Of a DNA stretch of 64,000 bases, positions 18,284 to 28,588 are shown in pieces (the stretch's first letter is position 1; every line of letters begins with the position of its first letter). The position numbers were made by a program, and so were the translations under genes. The stretch lies in contig CAYLIB010000001.1 of assembly GCA_964384035.1 (NCBI GenBank), positions 48,532-112,531 on the forward strand, given 5' to 3'. This DNA comes from an uncultured Candidatus Saccharibacteria bacterium. Its GTDB lineage: Bacteria; Patescibacteriota; Doudnabacteria; UBA920. Below the pieces are notes generated by a model. That model saw only the letters and a list, made by a program, of their open reading frames with translations, was not told the origin of the DNA and searched no databases.

Positions 18284-18527
18284 TAATATGATGTACCCGG
18301 AGAAAACCTTAATTACATCATCATAAAACAGGTGAAAAATGGTTTAACCGGCGGAACCCAAAACGCGCGTCTTGAATTCCATATAAAACCTTCTTCCCGA
18401 ATACAAGGTGGAAGTTGGGACCATGGTAAGTCAGGCAAAGGGACAACCCAGCCAATCGATTAGCAGACAACCCAAACAAGGTCGTTTTTTATTTGGCAAC
18501 AACTGCATATACGTTTAAACTAAACTT

Positions 18528-19562
18528 ATGCAAAACAAGTTAAAAATAGCCATTCTTTACGGTGGCAAATCCGCAGAACATGAAGTCTCAATTAGATCAG
18601 CCGAAAGCATAATTTCTGCTCTCGATAAAGAAAAATATGAAATTGTTAAAATTTTCATTTCCCCTAAGGGTAAATGGCAACTAGAAAACAGCTCAAAAAA
18701 CATCCTTCTAGCCCCAGAATCGAATGGCGAACTAACAATAAACGGAGAAATCTCATCAGATAAAATCGATGTAGTGTTTCCAGTTCTACATGGCCCATTC
18801 GGTGAAGACGGCACTGTTCAAGGGCTCCTTAAGCTAGCCGGAATACCTTTTGTAGGACCAAGTGTTCTAGGTTCGAGTATAGGTATGGACAAAGATGTTA
18901 CCAAAAGATTACTTAGAGAAGCTGGAATTCCTATACCAAACTTCATAACAACCACACACTCTAAATTACCTAGTTATGCTATAGCCAAAGAAACACTTGG
19001 TAATATCATATTTATAAAACCAGCTAACCTAGGTTCTTCTGTGGGTGTTCATAAAATAACCAACGAACAAGAGTACCAATCTGCAACGTTAGATGCTTTC
19101 TCCTACGACACAAAAATATTACTTGAAGAATTCATAGAAGGCAGAGAAATTGAATGCTCTGTTTTAGGAAACGAAGATCCCATAACTTCCCTACCTGGTG
19201 AAATTATCCCGACTCACGACTTTTATTCATACGAGTCAAAATACACCGATCAAAATGGAGCTAAGTATGAAATTCCTGCCAATTTAGACGAACTTATGAC
19301 TAAAAAAATTCAGGATTTAAGTATAAAAACCTTTAAAACACTCTGTTGTGAAGGAATGTCACGAGTAGATTTCTTTTTAAAAGCCAATGGAGAAATATTT
19401 GTTAACGAGATTAACACCATTCCAGGTTTCACCTCTATTAGTATGTACCCAAAAATGTGGGAAGCTAGCGGTCTACCATATAGCAAACTACTAGATAAAC
19501 TTATAGATCTTGCGATAAAAAGACACCAAGTGGAACAAAAGCTCCTAACAAATAGAGCATAA
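18528..19562 (+). CDS. ddl: D-alanine--D-alanine ligase
   Basis: 'KIAILYGGKSAEHEVSIRSAESII' N-terminus and an ATP-grasp core. Confidence 0.85.
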   Translation: MQNKLKIAILYGGKSAEHEVSIRSAESIISALDKEKYEIVKIFISPKGKWQLENSSKNILLAPESNGELTINGEISSDKIDVVFPVLHGPFGEDGTVQGLLKLAGIPFVGPSVLGSSIGMDKDVTKRLLREAGIPIPNFITTTHSKLPSYAIAKETLGNIIFIKPANLGSSVGVHKITNEQEYQSATLDAFSYDTKILLEEFIEGREIECSVLGNEDPITSLPGEIIPTHDFYSYESKYTDQNGAKYEIPANLDELMTKKIQDLSIKTFKTLCCEGMSRVDFFLKANGEIFVNEINTIPGFTSISMYPKMWEASGLPYSKLLDKLIDLAIKRHQVEQKLLTNRA

Positions 19563-19564
19563 TT

Positions 19565-19591
19565 AAAACCCCCGAATTTCTCGGGGGTTTT
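19565..19591. terminator. bidirectional terminator between ddl and rpsA
   Basis: aaaacccccgaatttctcgggggtttt. Confidence 0.6.
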
Positions 19592-19601
19592 AAATACTTT
19601 A

Positions 19602-20741
19602 CTACTTTGTCTTCTCTTCTGTATTTTCCTTTGCTGGAGCATCACTAGTTTTAAGTGTAAGCCCTAGCCTATGCTCTCCTGGTTCTATAGAAATAATCTT
19701 GAATACTTTCTCATCTCCGATAGCAACAACATCTTCTGCCTGCTTAACTGGATCATTAGATAATTCCATTAAATGAGCCAAGCCCTGTATATCTTTATCC
19801 AGCTCTACAAATACTCCAAATGGCATTATCTTTGTGATTTTTCCACTGACTTCCTGTCCTACCTGATATTTTTTAACAGCTTCTAACCAAGGATCAGTCT
19901 TGAGTTGCTTGATAGACAAAGAAACTCTACCTTTGTCTATAGCTATAATCTTACATTCAACTTCTTGCCCAACTCTTATAATATCTTTTGGGTTTTCTAT
20001 TCTCTGCCAAGCAAGCTCAGAAATATGCACCAAACCTTCAAGTTCACCAAATTTTACAAAAACACCGAAGTCTACTACACCTGTTACTGTACCTTTTACT
20101 ACCTGGCCTATTTTCAACTTACCCAACTTATCTTCCATTTCTTTTTCATATACCGCACGCTCAGAAACGATAAGCTTTTCTTCTTCAGAATCAGCAGTAA
20201 TTATCTGTACAGTGAAAATTTGTCCTACATAAGAATTTAAAGCAGATAGAATCTTATTCTTGTCACCCTCTTCTACTCTAGGATAATGCTCTAAAGAAAG
20301 CTGGGAAACTGGCAAGAAACCCGTTACACCGTTAATTTCTACCATTAAACCACCTTTATTCGCAGCCAATATCTTAGTGTGAACAACTTCTTTACTATCC
20401 AACTTATCTTTAAGTGTTTGCCATACTCTTTCCTGACCAGCCACACGAAGACTTAGCTCTACATTACCATCCTTATTCTCTGCTTCTACAACGGAAGCGG
20501 TAATAGTATCTCCTACTTTAAGAGAATTTAAGGTAGCCTCATCATCATATAGTTCTCTACCTCTTACTACACCAAGACCCAAACCTTCTATATCAATATA
20601 AACTTCGTTTTTACCAACAGAAAGTAGAGTACCTTCTACCATATCACCAGGCTTTATAACCCGGATCTCAACACCACTTGCCAACAAATCACTCATTGTT
20701 TGAGCTTTTTGGGCATTTGAATTTACTTGTTCGTCTGACAT
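19602..20741 (-). CDS. rpsA: 30S ribosomal protein S1 (four S1 domains)
   Basis: Repeated S1-domain pattern (GDMVEGTLLSVGKNEVYIDI..., GQVVKGTVTGVVDFGVFVKF...). Confidence 0.8.
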   Translation of the reverse strand: MSDEQVNSNAQKAQTMSDLLASGVEIRVIKPGDMVEGTLLSVGKNEVYIDIEGLGLGVVRGRELYDDEATLNSLKVGDTITASVVEAENKDGNVELSLRVAGQERVWQTLKDKLDSKEVVHTKILAANKGGLMVEINGVTGFLPVSQLSLEHYPRVEEGDKNKILSALNSYVGQIFTVQIITADSEEEKLIVSERAVYEKEMEDKLGKLKIGQVVKGTVTGVVDFGVFVKFGELEGLVHISELAWQRIENPKDIIRVGQEVECKIIAIDKGRVSLSIKQLKTDPWLEAVKKYQVGQEVSGKITKIMPFGVFVELDKDIQGLAHLMELSNDPVKQAEDVVAIGDEKVFKIISIEPGEHRLGLTLKTSDAPAKENTEEKTK

Positions 20742-21049
20742 ATATATTAAAAAACACCTGCGAGCAGATGTTTAACAAAAAGAATTAAATTCCTAAAAAA
20801 GGTTATTAAATTCTAATAATTAAACAGTGCTTTGCCCGAAATGGGCAACTTATTCGGGATTAATAATTAATTTAGATAAAAGCACTGAACCAAATAAGCC
20901 TCCCCATTATACGCAAAAGGATTAGCTCTGTCACCTTGACAGAAATACTAAGAATTAGTATAATTTTATTTATTTCTTATATACCGATATAAAAATATTA
21001 TTCCTAAATATTTTTTTAATTGGAGTAAAAAAACTAACCTGGAGGAACA

Positions 21050-21421
21050 ATGGTTAAACTTATAATAAACGTAAAAATAGAAGGAAATGACCCAAACACA
21101 ACATTAAATTCATGGGAAGGTTTTATTGAACTACCTGTCCCCGATGGTAGCAGCCCCCAAGACCCCCAGACATTTGGCAGAATGACTGCAGATGCTTTAT
21201 GTATGTTAGGTGGCTGGAAATTAGTGGATACTGAACGCCCTCAAAACAGGATCATAGCGATCGCTCAACTTATGCATCTTTTGGGTAAACTTGCCAATTC
21301 ATTTAGAAATGCATTCGAAACCCGCTCAAACGAATCCCTCGAAGGCATAGACACTATCGTAATCGGATTCCCAAAAGATGGAATTGGCATCGCTCAAACC
21401 CATGAAATCAGAATGAGATGA
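21050..21421 (+). CDS. hypothetical protein
   Basis: 123-aa ORF. Terminator hairpin at 21430-21458. Confidence 0.35.
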   Translation: MVKLIINVKIEGNDPNTTLNSWEGFIELPVPDGSSPQDPQTFGRMTADALCMLGGWKLVDTERPQNRIIAIAQLMHLLGKLANSFRNAFETRSNESLEGIDTIVIGFPKDGIGIAQTHEIRMR

Positions 21422-21557
21422 ACTCAAACATACCGTAAAAGTGACGGTATTTTTTATTGCCTAATCCCCCATAAAAAAGTACAATACATAGGTACTTTTA
21501 ATAATTTATTAGCGGTTTTTTCTTCTCTTTTTGCCTTCCAAAGATGTAGCATTTCTA

Positions 21558-21635
21558 GGATCCGGCTTTGCCGGGCATAGAAATAACAGCGGAAAGGGTG
21601 AGTAATGAGAGGGAAAACCATGTTTTCCCTCTCAT
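21558..21635 (+). promoter_or_regulatory. upstream motif 'ggatccggctttgccgg', then leader motif 'cggaaagggtgagtaatgagag' with a perfect 13-bp hairpin ending at the start codon
   Basis: atgagagggaaaa-ccatg-ttttccctctcat abuts ATG 21636. The 22-nt motif is shared with the infB leader. 'tccggctttgccgg' also occurs at 31373-31386. Confidence 0.45.
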
Positions 21636-22262
21636 ATGCATTTACAATTTTTCGGACTTTCAAGTTTCAAATTTACAACAAAAGAAGCAGTGGTGGTTAC
21701 CGACCCCTTCGATAAATCGTCGGGCCTCACCCCACCAAGGGGAGGGGCTGACATAGTTATTCTCGCCGAAAAAGAAAACCCCCTCTATTCAGAAATAAAA
21801 GGAATAACCGGCGAACCATTCCAAGCTTTCGACCCGGGAGAATACGACGTAAAAGGTGTAACCATAACAGGTATTCCTCTGAAACAAGAAAAAGGTTATG
21901 TAACAGTATTCCTAATAGAAAGCGAAGACATTAGAATTCTAAACCTAACCCACATTAAAGAATTCTCAATGAAACAGGACGAACTGGAAGATTTAGGAGA
22001 CATAGACATACTTATCTTACCAGTTGGTGGTCACTCAGTAATGGACGCAAGTACAGCTGCAAAAGTAGTAAACCAAGTAGAACCAGCACTTATCATCCCT
22101 AGTCATTACAGTATGGAAGGATTAAAAACAGAGACAGATAAGCTAGAAAAATTTATTAAAGAAATGGGTGGTAAGTCAGAAGAGACAGATAAGATAATCG
22201 TTAAAAAGAAAGACCTAAACCCAGAAATCTCTAAAGTTATGGTTCTTACCCCAATGAGGTAG
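21636..22262 (+). CDS. MBL-fold metal-dependent hydrolase-like protein (UPF0173-like)
   Basis: 'VVVTDPFDKSSG...ADIVILAEK' and 'LILPVGGHSVMD' resemble the beta-lactamase-fold hydrolase family. Weak assignment. Confidence 0.45.
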   Translation: MHLQFFGLSSFKFTTKEAVVVTDPFDKSSGLTPPRGGADIVILAEKENPLYSEIKGITGEPFQAFDPGEYDVKGVTITGIPLKQEKGYVTVFLIESEDIRILNLTHIKEFSMKQDELEDLGDIDILILPVGGHSVMDASTAAKVVNQVEPALIIPSHYSMEGLKTETDKLEKFIKEMGGKSEETDKIIVKKKDLNPEISKVMVLTPMR

Positions 22263-22359
22263 TTTATAAAGTAAAAAGTTCATCAAGCTCATAAAGCAAT
22301 TTCCAGCAGAACATACCTAACAAACTTTACGAACCTTACGAACTTTAAATTCTTCAAAT

Positions 22360-22584
22360 ATGTCTCTAAAAGATATTCAAAATAAAAGTCCTGAAGAAAA
22401 AAAAAGACTGATAGCAATAATATTACTCATAACATCACTATTCCTTGTAGGTCTCTGGATAGTAACTTCAAAACTCAAACACACACTAAACAAAGACGAT
22501 ACCATAATAGAAACCTTCAAAACCGGAATCCAGGACACTAAAACTAATTTTAAAAACCCTAACGCCCCAGATCCTTCAAAATAA
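22360..22584 (+). CDS. hypothetical small membrane protein
   Basis: 74 aa with one TM helix ([18 protein letters not shown]). Confidence 0.3.
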   Translation: MSLKDIQNKSPEEKKRLIAIILLITSLFLVGLWIVTSKLKHTLNKDDTIIETFKTGIQDTKTNFKNPNAPDPSK

Positions 22585-22592
22585 TTTCAAAA

Positions 22593-25061
22593 ATGGCAAA
22601 CAAAGAAATCGAAAAAACCGACGAATTTAATATCGGTACAGTCAAACCAAGAGATATTCAAACAGAAATGCAAGAATCCTACTTGGACTATGCAATGAGT
22701 GTTATCGTTAACCGCGCTCTTCCAGACATTAGAGATGGTCTAAAACCAGTACATAGACGTATATTTTATGCCATGCACGAATTAGGACTTAGACATAACG
22801 CTAAATTCCGTAAATCAGCCGCTGTTGTTGGTGAAGTGCTCGGTAAATACCACCCTCACGGTGACCAAGCAGTATACCAATCCATGGTCCACATGGCCCA
22901 AGACTTCGCTATGCGATATCCTCTCATAGACGGCCAAGGAAACTTTGGCTCTATGGATGGCGACGAAGCCGCTGCCATGCGTTACACGGAAGCCAGAATG
23001 GATTCACTCGCAGAAGAACTTCTTACAGATCTAGACAAAGAAACCGTTGAATGGCGAGATAACTACGACGCAACAAGGAAAGAGCCTTCTGTGCTCCCAG
23101 CAAAGCTTCCAAACCTTTTACTAAATGGAACTCTTGGCATCGCCGTTGGTATGGCCACAGACATACCCCCACATAACATAAGCGAAGTTATAGACGGCAT
23201 CACAATGCTTATAGAAGACCCAGAGGTAACCGTTGAAGATCTCACTACAGTAGTTAAAGGTCCAGATTTTCCTACCGGAGGTACAATCTACGATATCGCA
23301 AGCATAAGAAACGCATACGCTACAGGAAAAGGAAGCATAGTAATGCGAGGTAAAACCGAAATTGTAGAAACCAAAAGTGGCATGTTCCAAATTATCATCA
23401 ACGAAATTCCTTATCGTGTGAACAAAGCCACAATGCTCGAGAGAATTGCCGACCTGGTTCGTGACAAAAAAATTGAAGGTATAAAAGATGTACGTGATGA
23501 ATCCGACAAAGACGGCGTTAGGGTCGTAATCGACTTAAAAAAAGAAAGTTTACCAAACAAAATACTCAATCAGTTATTCTCTTACACCCAGCTCCAAGAA
23601 ACCTTTCACATGAACATGCTGGCGCTTATAGACGGACTAGAACCAAGGGTTCTAAACCTCAAAAGCATTCTGGAAGAATACATAAAACACAGACAAGTAG
23701 TTGTAAGAAGAAGAACGGAGTTCGATCTCAAAAAAGCAAAAGAACGAGCACACATTTTAGAGGGTTTAACTATTGCGCTAGACCACATAGACGAAGTCAT
23801 AAACACCATAAGAAAGAGCGCAACAAAAGAAGAGGCCCACGCTAACTTAATGAAAAAGTTTAAGTTAAGCACTCTTCAAGCTCAAGCTATCCTAGATATG
23901 AGACTGCAAACACTCGCAGGTCTCGAAAGAAAGAAAATAGACGATGAGTTAAAAGAGAAAAGAAAACTTATCGCAGAACTCGAAGATATACTTAGCAAAC
24001 CAAAGCGTATTCTCGCTATTATAAAAACCGAAATTGCTGAACTCAAAGAAAAATATGGCGACGAGAGACGTACTCAAATAGTTAAGTCCCCTGTTGGCAC
24101 ATTCTCTGTAGAAGACCTTATTCCAGAAAACGAAAGTCTAATATCTTTCACTAAGAGTGGGTACATAAAACGTCTAGCTCCAGAAACCTACAAAGCCCAA
24201 GTTAGAGGAGGCAAAGGTGTCATAGGTACCGGACTAAAAGACGAAGACGTTGTTGAGAAGTTAATTTCCGCAAATACCCACGACGAAATCCTCTTCTTCA
24301 CCAACAAAGGGAGAGTATTCCTAACTAAAGTTTATGAACTACCAGAAGGAAGCAGAACTAGTAAAGGACAAGCTCTGGTTAACTTCCTAGAAATGGGTAC
24401 AGGCGAAACCGCTACAGCAATTCTGACCTTAAGCAAAAACGACTCAGTAAAATTCCTCGTAATGGCCACTAAGGGCGGGGTTATAAAAAAGGTTGCAAGA
24501 GAAGAATTCGCTAAAGTTAGAAGATCTGGACTTATCGCCATAAATCTAAAAGACGGAGATGAATTAAAATGGGTAGAAGGCAGCAGTGGAACAGACGAGA
24601 TTATCCTAGTATCAGAAAACGGAATGGCAATTCGTTTCAACGAGAAAGACGTAAGAGCAATGGGTAGGGTATCCACCGGCGTAGGAGGTATGAGACTTAA
24701 AAAAGGTGACTGCTTAATTTCAATGGATGTTATTGCCAAAACAGCAGACCAAAAAAATCTTGAAGTTTTGGTAATTACAGAAAAAGGTCTCGGCAAAAAG
24801 AGTCCAATCTCCGACTACAAGACCCAAAAAAGAGCCGGCGGTGGAGTAAAGACCCTAAAAATTACTCCAAAGACAGGTAAAGCCGTTGCAATGAATATCG
24901 TTAACAACAAAGATGAAAACGACCTCGTAATCATTTCCAAGCAAGGCCAAACCCTAAGAACACCCCTAAACTCCATCTCCACCCTAGGCCGAGCCACCCA
25001 AGGCGTAAGAGTAATGAGATTAGACGATGGAGACTCAGTGGCTAGCGTAACGGTCATTTAA
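22593..25061 (+). CDS. gyrA: DNA gyrase subunit A
   Basis: Sequence motifs '[11 protein letters not shown]', '[11 protein letters not shown]' and 'DGQGNFGS' plus a C-terminal beta-pinwheel. 822 aa. gyrB is not adjacent. Confidence 0.95.
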   Translation: MANKEIEKTDEFNIGTVKPRDIQTEMQESYLDYAMSVIVNRALPDIRDGLKPVHRRIFYAMHELGLRHNAKFRKSAAVVGEVLGKYHPHGDQAVYQSMVHMAQDFAMRYPLIDGQGNFGSMDGDEAAAMRYTEARMDSLAEELLTDLDKETVEWRDNYDATRKEPSVLPAKLPNLLLNGTLGIAVGMATDIPPHNISEVIDGITMLIEDPEVTVEDLTTVVKGPDFPTGGTIYDIASIRNAYATGKGSIVMRGKTEIVETKSGMFQIIINEIPYRVNKATMLERIADLVRDKKIEGIKDVRDESDKDGVRVVIDLKKESLPNKILNQLFSYTQLQETFHMNMLALIDGLEPRVLNLKSILEEYIKHRQVVVRRRTEFDLKKAKERAHILEGLTIALDHIDEVINTIRKSATKEEAHANLMKKFKLSTLQAQAILDMRLQTLAGLERKKIDDELKEKRKLIAELEDILSKPKRILAIIKTEIAELKEKYGDERRTQIVKSPVGTFSVEDLIPENESLISFTKSGYIKRLAPETYKAQVRGGKGVIGTGLKDEDVVEKLISANTHDEILFFTNKGRVFLTKVYELPEGSRTSKGQALVNFLEMGTGETATAILTLSKNDSVKFLVMATKGGVIKKVAREEFAKVRRSGLIAINLKDGDELKWVEGSSGTDEIILVSENGMAIRFNEKDVRAMGRVSTGVGGMRLKKGDCLISMDVIAKTADQKNLEVLVITEKGLGKKSPISDYKTQKRAGGGVKTLKITPKTGKAVAMNIVNNKDENDLVIISKQGQTLRTPLNSISTLGRATQGVRVMRLDDGDSVASVTVI

Positions 25062-25191
25062 TAGCGGCAAAGCCGCGAGAAGGGAGGCTCGAATCTGGCT
25101 CTGCCAGTTCGAGGGGCGACGCAAGCCCCCTTAGTAGCAAGTCATGAGATTAGACGATGGCGATAGCGTAGCAAGCGTTACTGTCATTTAG
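25062..25191 (+). repeat. 5' module (homolog of 17442-17545) followed by a second, synonymously recoded copy of the last 15 gyrA codons
   Basis: 25144-25191 'atgagattagacgatggcgatagcgtagcaagcgttactgtcatttag' encodes [15 protein letters not shown]. This is identical in peptide to gyrA 25014-25061. Nine of the 16 codons (including the stop) are synonymously changed. Confidence 0.7.
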
Positions 25192-25380
25192 GGGTCCTAA
25201 ATTACTTGCTTACATATTAGTTTTAGAACAAAGCGCGAAGAGCGCTTTTTTCTAAAACATAGAAAGAAGCAATTTGGGAAGAGGAGAACTTTATGGAGAC
25301 TGCAGTAATTAGTTTTATATCAAACTAATTACGGAGGTCGAAATAAAGTGGGACGAGTAAGTGTGACTGTTATCTAAAAC
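25191..25380 (+). repeat. R1 structured repeat, copy C
   Basis: 'ggggtcctaaattacttg', a GAAG-loop hairpin (agcgc/gcgct), 'aaagaagcaatttggga', 'ggagactgcag', an AGTTT/AAACT hairpin (gtaattagttt/aaactaattac), then 'cggaggtcg...ggac'. Confidence 0.65.
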
Positions 25381-25414
25381 CCTAACCTTAATTAAATATA
25401 AAAATAAGCGACTC

Positions 25415-25783
25415 CTAAACGGGGTCGCTTTCGTTTTTTACCAGTTCAAGAATTCTCCTCTCAATTGTTATAAGATTAACGTTTAAAGGAAAACAAAATT
25501 GAGGAATTTCGGGATATTTCATTTGAGATTCACGCCAACTCTTAAGTGATATAGTAACACCAAAAGATTTCTCATGCTTATCGGTCCAAATCGTAAAATC
25601 TTTACCCTCACCATCGGCAACCGAATGGGGCCTGTGTCTCTTGTATTTGGTTATATACCCTTTCACCTTAAGTTCTTCTAATAATTTCTCGACCTTAGAC
25701 TCCAAATCTCTACCGAATTCGGAATATCTTTTAGATTTTCTTTCACGATAAGCCTGAAAATCTCGTTTATTCTTCCAACCCAT
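25415..25783 (-). CDS. hypothetical protein
   Basis: 122-aa basic ORF. Confidence 0.35.
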   Translation of the reverse strand: MGWKNKRDFQAYRERKSKRYSEFGRDLESKVEKLLEELKVKGYITKYKRHRPHSVADGEGKDFTIWTDKHEKSFGVTISLKSWRESQMKYPEIPQFCFPLNVNLITIERRILELVKNESDPV

Positions 25784-25910
25784 ATTCCCTCCTTTACCCC
25801 CCTATTTTAGATAAAATAACCCCACTTATCCACTCTTTGCAAAAACATTTAGCCTTTGCTATCTTTGCTTTTGGTACAATCCATATATTGTCCAAAAAAG
25901 GAGACGACAA

Positions 25911-26813
25911 ATGAAAAAGAAGGAAAGACTAAGCACATTAAGTTGGACTGAAGGTCAGAGGCTTTTACTCGAATGTGGTATTAATCCTCATCTGTTGAAT
26001 CCTGACTTTCTTTTGCGCTACCGTATACAAACGGAAGAATCAGATAGCATCTATGACGCCAAAACAACAATTGAAGTCGCCAAAGAGTTCAATACATATC
26101 TGAAAATTAATGGTTTTTCCACCCTAGACGAGACCGAAACAAAAGAACTCTATGTGGGCCTTTTGCTTTCCGATATCGGCAAAACCGGTCCGGAGTTTCA
26201 TGATGGAATGAAAGATGGAGAAAAAGTTATGCAAATAAGGGATTATTTAAAAGTTTATTCCATCAAAAATATTCCAAACTACGATTCGCTTTCGCTACAG
26301 GATTGCATTAGATCTTACTTTACTGATCCCGAAGAACTAATCTCTAGATTCACTGCATATGGCGAAGACCCAAACGAAACCATGAGATTCTTTACAAACC
26401 AACACGCACACCGAAGCTATAAAATTGCGTGCAATAGCGGAATTCCGGAAGATACTATTCCAGCCATAGCCTTACACCATATATTTGAGGATCAAAACCC
26501 AGGAGATCTAGTAGCTGAAGATGGCCATTTTACACGAAGCTGCGGTTGTAACACTGAATTTCACCGACCCGAGCTTCTGGTTGTAATATTGGATAAGCTA
26601 AACGCTGTTCAAACCAGACTAACCCCTGGTGAGAAAGCCCCAAGCTGGCAAGAAGCCGCTCTCTTAGTTGAGTTTCAAATGGAAGAAAGAATCGAAAAAC
26701 TAACTCACCCTGAACTCAAAAAACTTCTAAAATCCATGTGGTACGAGGTCACACAAACACTTCATAGAATCGCGGCCTTCAAATCTCCCAGAGCCTTCAG
26801 TACGAAAGCATAA
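25911..26813 (+). CDS. hypothetical protein, HD-domain-like with a degenerate metal-binding motif
   Basis: 'YVGLLLSDIGKTG' resembles the HD motif 'LLHDIGK' with His replaced by Ser. Downstream 'HAHRSY' and 'IALHHIFED' follow. Confidence 0.4.
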   Translation: MKKKERLSTLSWTEGQRLLLECGINPHLLNPDFLLRYRIQTEESDSIYDAKTTIEVAKEFNTYLKINGFSTLDETETKELYVGLLLSDIGKTGPEFHDGMKDGEKVMQIRDYLKVYSIKNIPNYDSLSLQDCIRSYFTDPEELISRFTAYGEDPNETMRFFTNQHAHRSYKIACNSGIPEDTIPAIALHHIFEDQNPGDLVAEDGHFTRSCGCNTEFHRPELLVVILDKLNAVQTRLTPGEKAPSWQEAALLVEFQMEERIEKLTHPELKKLLKSMWYEVTQTLHRIAAFKSPRAFSTKA

Positions 26814-26916
26814 AAACCGAGCAACAAAGTTGCTCATTTTATTTACCTTCTTGACTTTTATTCAAAAATTCAGTAAAATGCACGATTCGACTTAAAATAA
26901 TTTCTTTGGGGGGAAC

Positions 26917-28248
26917 ATGACAGGAACAAATCTGAACTCGCTTCTCAGCGAGTTTAAAAGACTAGCAGGAAACAACTTCCAACTTTTTACAAACCGATAT
27001 TTCCAAGCGAGGTCGGGAGGAGAATTCGTTCTCCCTTACGAAGCCATTCTTGAACACTTTGGCCTGAACCCCAAACTAGTTTCTGGCCAAACCTACATAA
27101 TCATATGCGATGCTTTCCGTGACTTAGACGACGAGAAGACTATCATTCTCATGAAAGCACTAATTGAATGCGAAGCCGAGCTCGCTGTCGTGGTCACAAA
27201 TCTAAACAGCGCGCTCGACCGGGCGTGCGGAGTTAAAGGATTACTAAGACTACTGGATCTGGGTTTTGTACCAGTAGGAGTAGGTACTGACGGCTCCAAC
27301 GAAGCGGTACCTTTCCATTTCGAAAGGACAGTACCTTTTGCAGTGCCCGCATACCAAGTAAACCCAGACGGTCAAGGCCTAATAATTAACACACTCACTT
27401 CCGCTAAGCCAAAAAGTGTAAGTGTATTACTAATCTCCTCACTTCGTGATATGGACATCATATTAGAAGAAAACAACTCCCTCTGCCGCGATCGGATAAA
27501 CCGAATTACCTTAATGGCGGGGGTAAAAATCGCAAATGGTAAACCAGAGTTGCTAAATGGCTTACTTCAAGCAGACATAAAGACTAACGGCGTAGGTGGT
27601 GCATCAAACTGCAATTTTGATACAGCTGCTAGCACAAGACTGTATCGGAACGCTCAAAAGCTCGAAATTCCTACTACAACTCTCACAAGAGTAACCGCGG
27701 GTGAAGTTAAGTTACCGTTTAGTATCTTCGATATTTGGGCTACTACAGGCCACCCAGCCGCCTCACGCCTCAAAGACGGTCAATCCCTTAGTTTCAATAA
27801 CTTACGCCTGGCTTGCCTTGAAGGCGAAGGCGGATCGCACCGAGTAGCCCTTGAACTCGCACTAGACCGAGACATAAACTGGTTCATCTATAAGGCATTT
27901 TTCAGAAACGCTCCAAAAGAAATACAGGAGCAAATTCTGAACCTGCCGTTACATGAATCTGTCTGGCCCATAGCCGCCGACTACGGCGAGCTTATGCCCT
28001 ACGACCCACTGGCACTACTCGCAAGCATAGAAGGCAACTCGCTGTTTAACTATCACTCCACAGTGGTAGGCGGAGCTGTTCACAAGGTGGTAGGTATAGA
28101 CGCCCAAAACACCGGCGCCCTAGACCCACTTTCCTTAAGAATGCTTCTGTTCATAGCCACAACAGAAGTACTCATAAGAACATCCAACCACGCCAAACGG
28201 GAGTTCCTGACCATCAAACGCGAACGCCTAGAAGCAAAAACTACCTAA
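26917..28248 (+). CDS. hypothetical protein (443 aa) with anomalously high GC
   Basis: Uninterrupted ORF. Sampled 60-nt blocks run 58-62% GC against about 35-40% in flanking genes. 'ICDAFRDLDDEKT' weakly resembles an aspartate-cluster motif of nucleoside hydrolases. Confidence 0.45.
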   Translation: MTGTNLNSLLSEFKRLAGNNFQLFTNRYFQARSGGEFVLPYEAILEHFGLNPKLVSGQTYIIICDAFRDLDDEKTIILMKALIECEAELAVVVTNLNSALDRACGVKGLLRLLDLGFVPVGVGTDGSNEAVPFHFERTVPFAVPAYQVNPDGQGLIINTLTSAKPKSVSVLLISSLRDMDIILEENNSLCRDRINRITLMAGVKIANGKPELLNGLLQADIKTNGVGGASNCNFDTAASTRLYRNAQKLEIPTTTLTRVTAGEVKLPFSIFDIWATTGHPAASRLKDGQSLSFNNLRLACLEGEGGSHRVALELALDRDINWFIYKAFFRNAPKEIQEQILNLPLHESVWPIAADYGELMPYDPLALLASIEGNSLFNYHSTVVGGAVHKVVGIDAQNTGALDPLSLRMLLFIATTEVLIRTSNHAKREFLTIKRERLEAKTT

Positions 28249-28309
28249 CTCCAAGACCCGAAGCGGTCTTTTTTATTTCAAAAAGACACCTTTTTGGGTG
28301 TCTTTTTAT

Positions 28310-28445
28310 ATTCACGAACCAAGCAATGTGAATCTATAACGGGGCCCCCGGGCACTCGTGACTGGGGAGAGGGACAACACGGGGCCACCAAATAACTCGA
28401 CCACACATTGTTTAAAAAAGATTCGAAGAGTCTTTTTTAACATAG
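28310..28445 (+). repeat. partial R2 unit (ATTCAC...GTGAAT hairpin + 'ggggagagggacaaca') followed by a degenerate R1 5' part with GAAGA-loop hairpin
   Basis: 'attcacgaaccaagcaatgtgaat...ccccgggcactcgtgactggggagagggacaacac', then 'ccaccaaataactcg...aaaaaagattcgaagagtctttttt'. Two terminator hairpins lie at 28254-28311. Confidence 0.5.
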
Positions 28446-28588
28446 CGGTGAGATATTTGGTATCAGGTTAATCCCTCACCGGATTCACTCAGGGGAGGGT
28501 GCTAATCTCGGGAAAAGCGGGAGCAAGGCGAACATGAGTTTGGACGGGATTACTTCCCGTACAGACTCGCGTGAACCTTGCTCACGCT

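Noticed and set aside
28441-28588. Candidate RNase P RNA, SRP RNA or tmRNA in the structured region 3' of tRNA-Ile
   Set aside because: There are several nested hairpins (gagcaagg…ccttgctc; ggtgag…ctcacc). None of the conserved RNase P (GGAAAGUCCGGGCUCC, AGGGUGAAA), SRP domain IV or tmRNA tRNA-like motifs could be found by eye. It is left unassigned.
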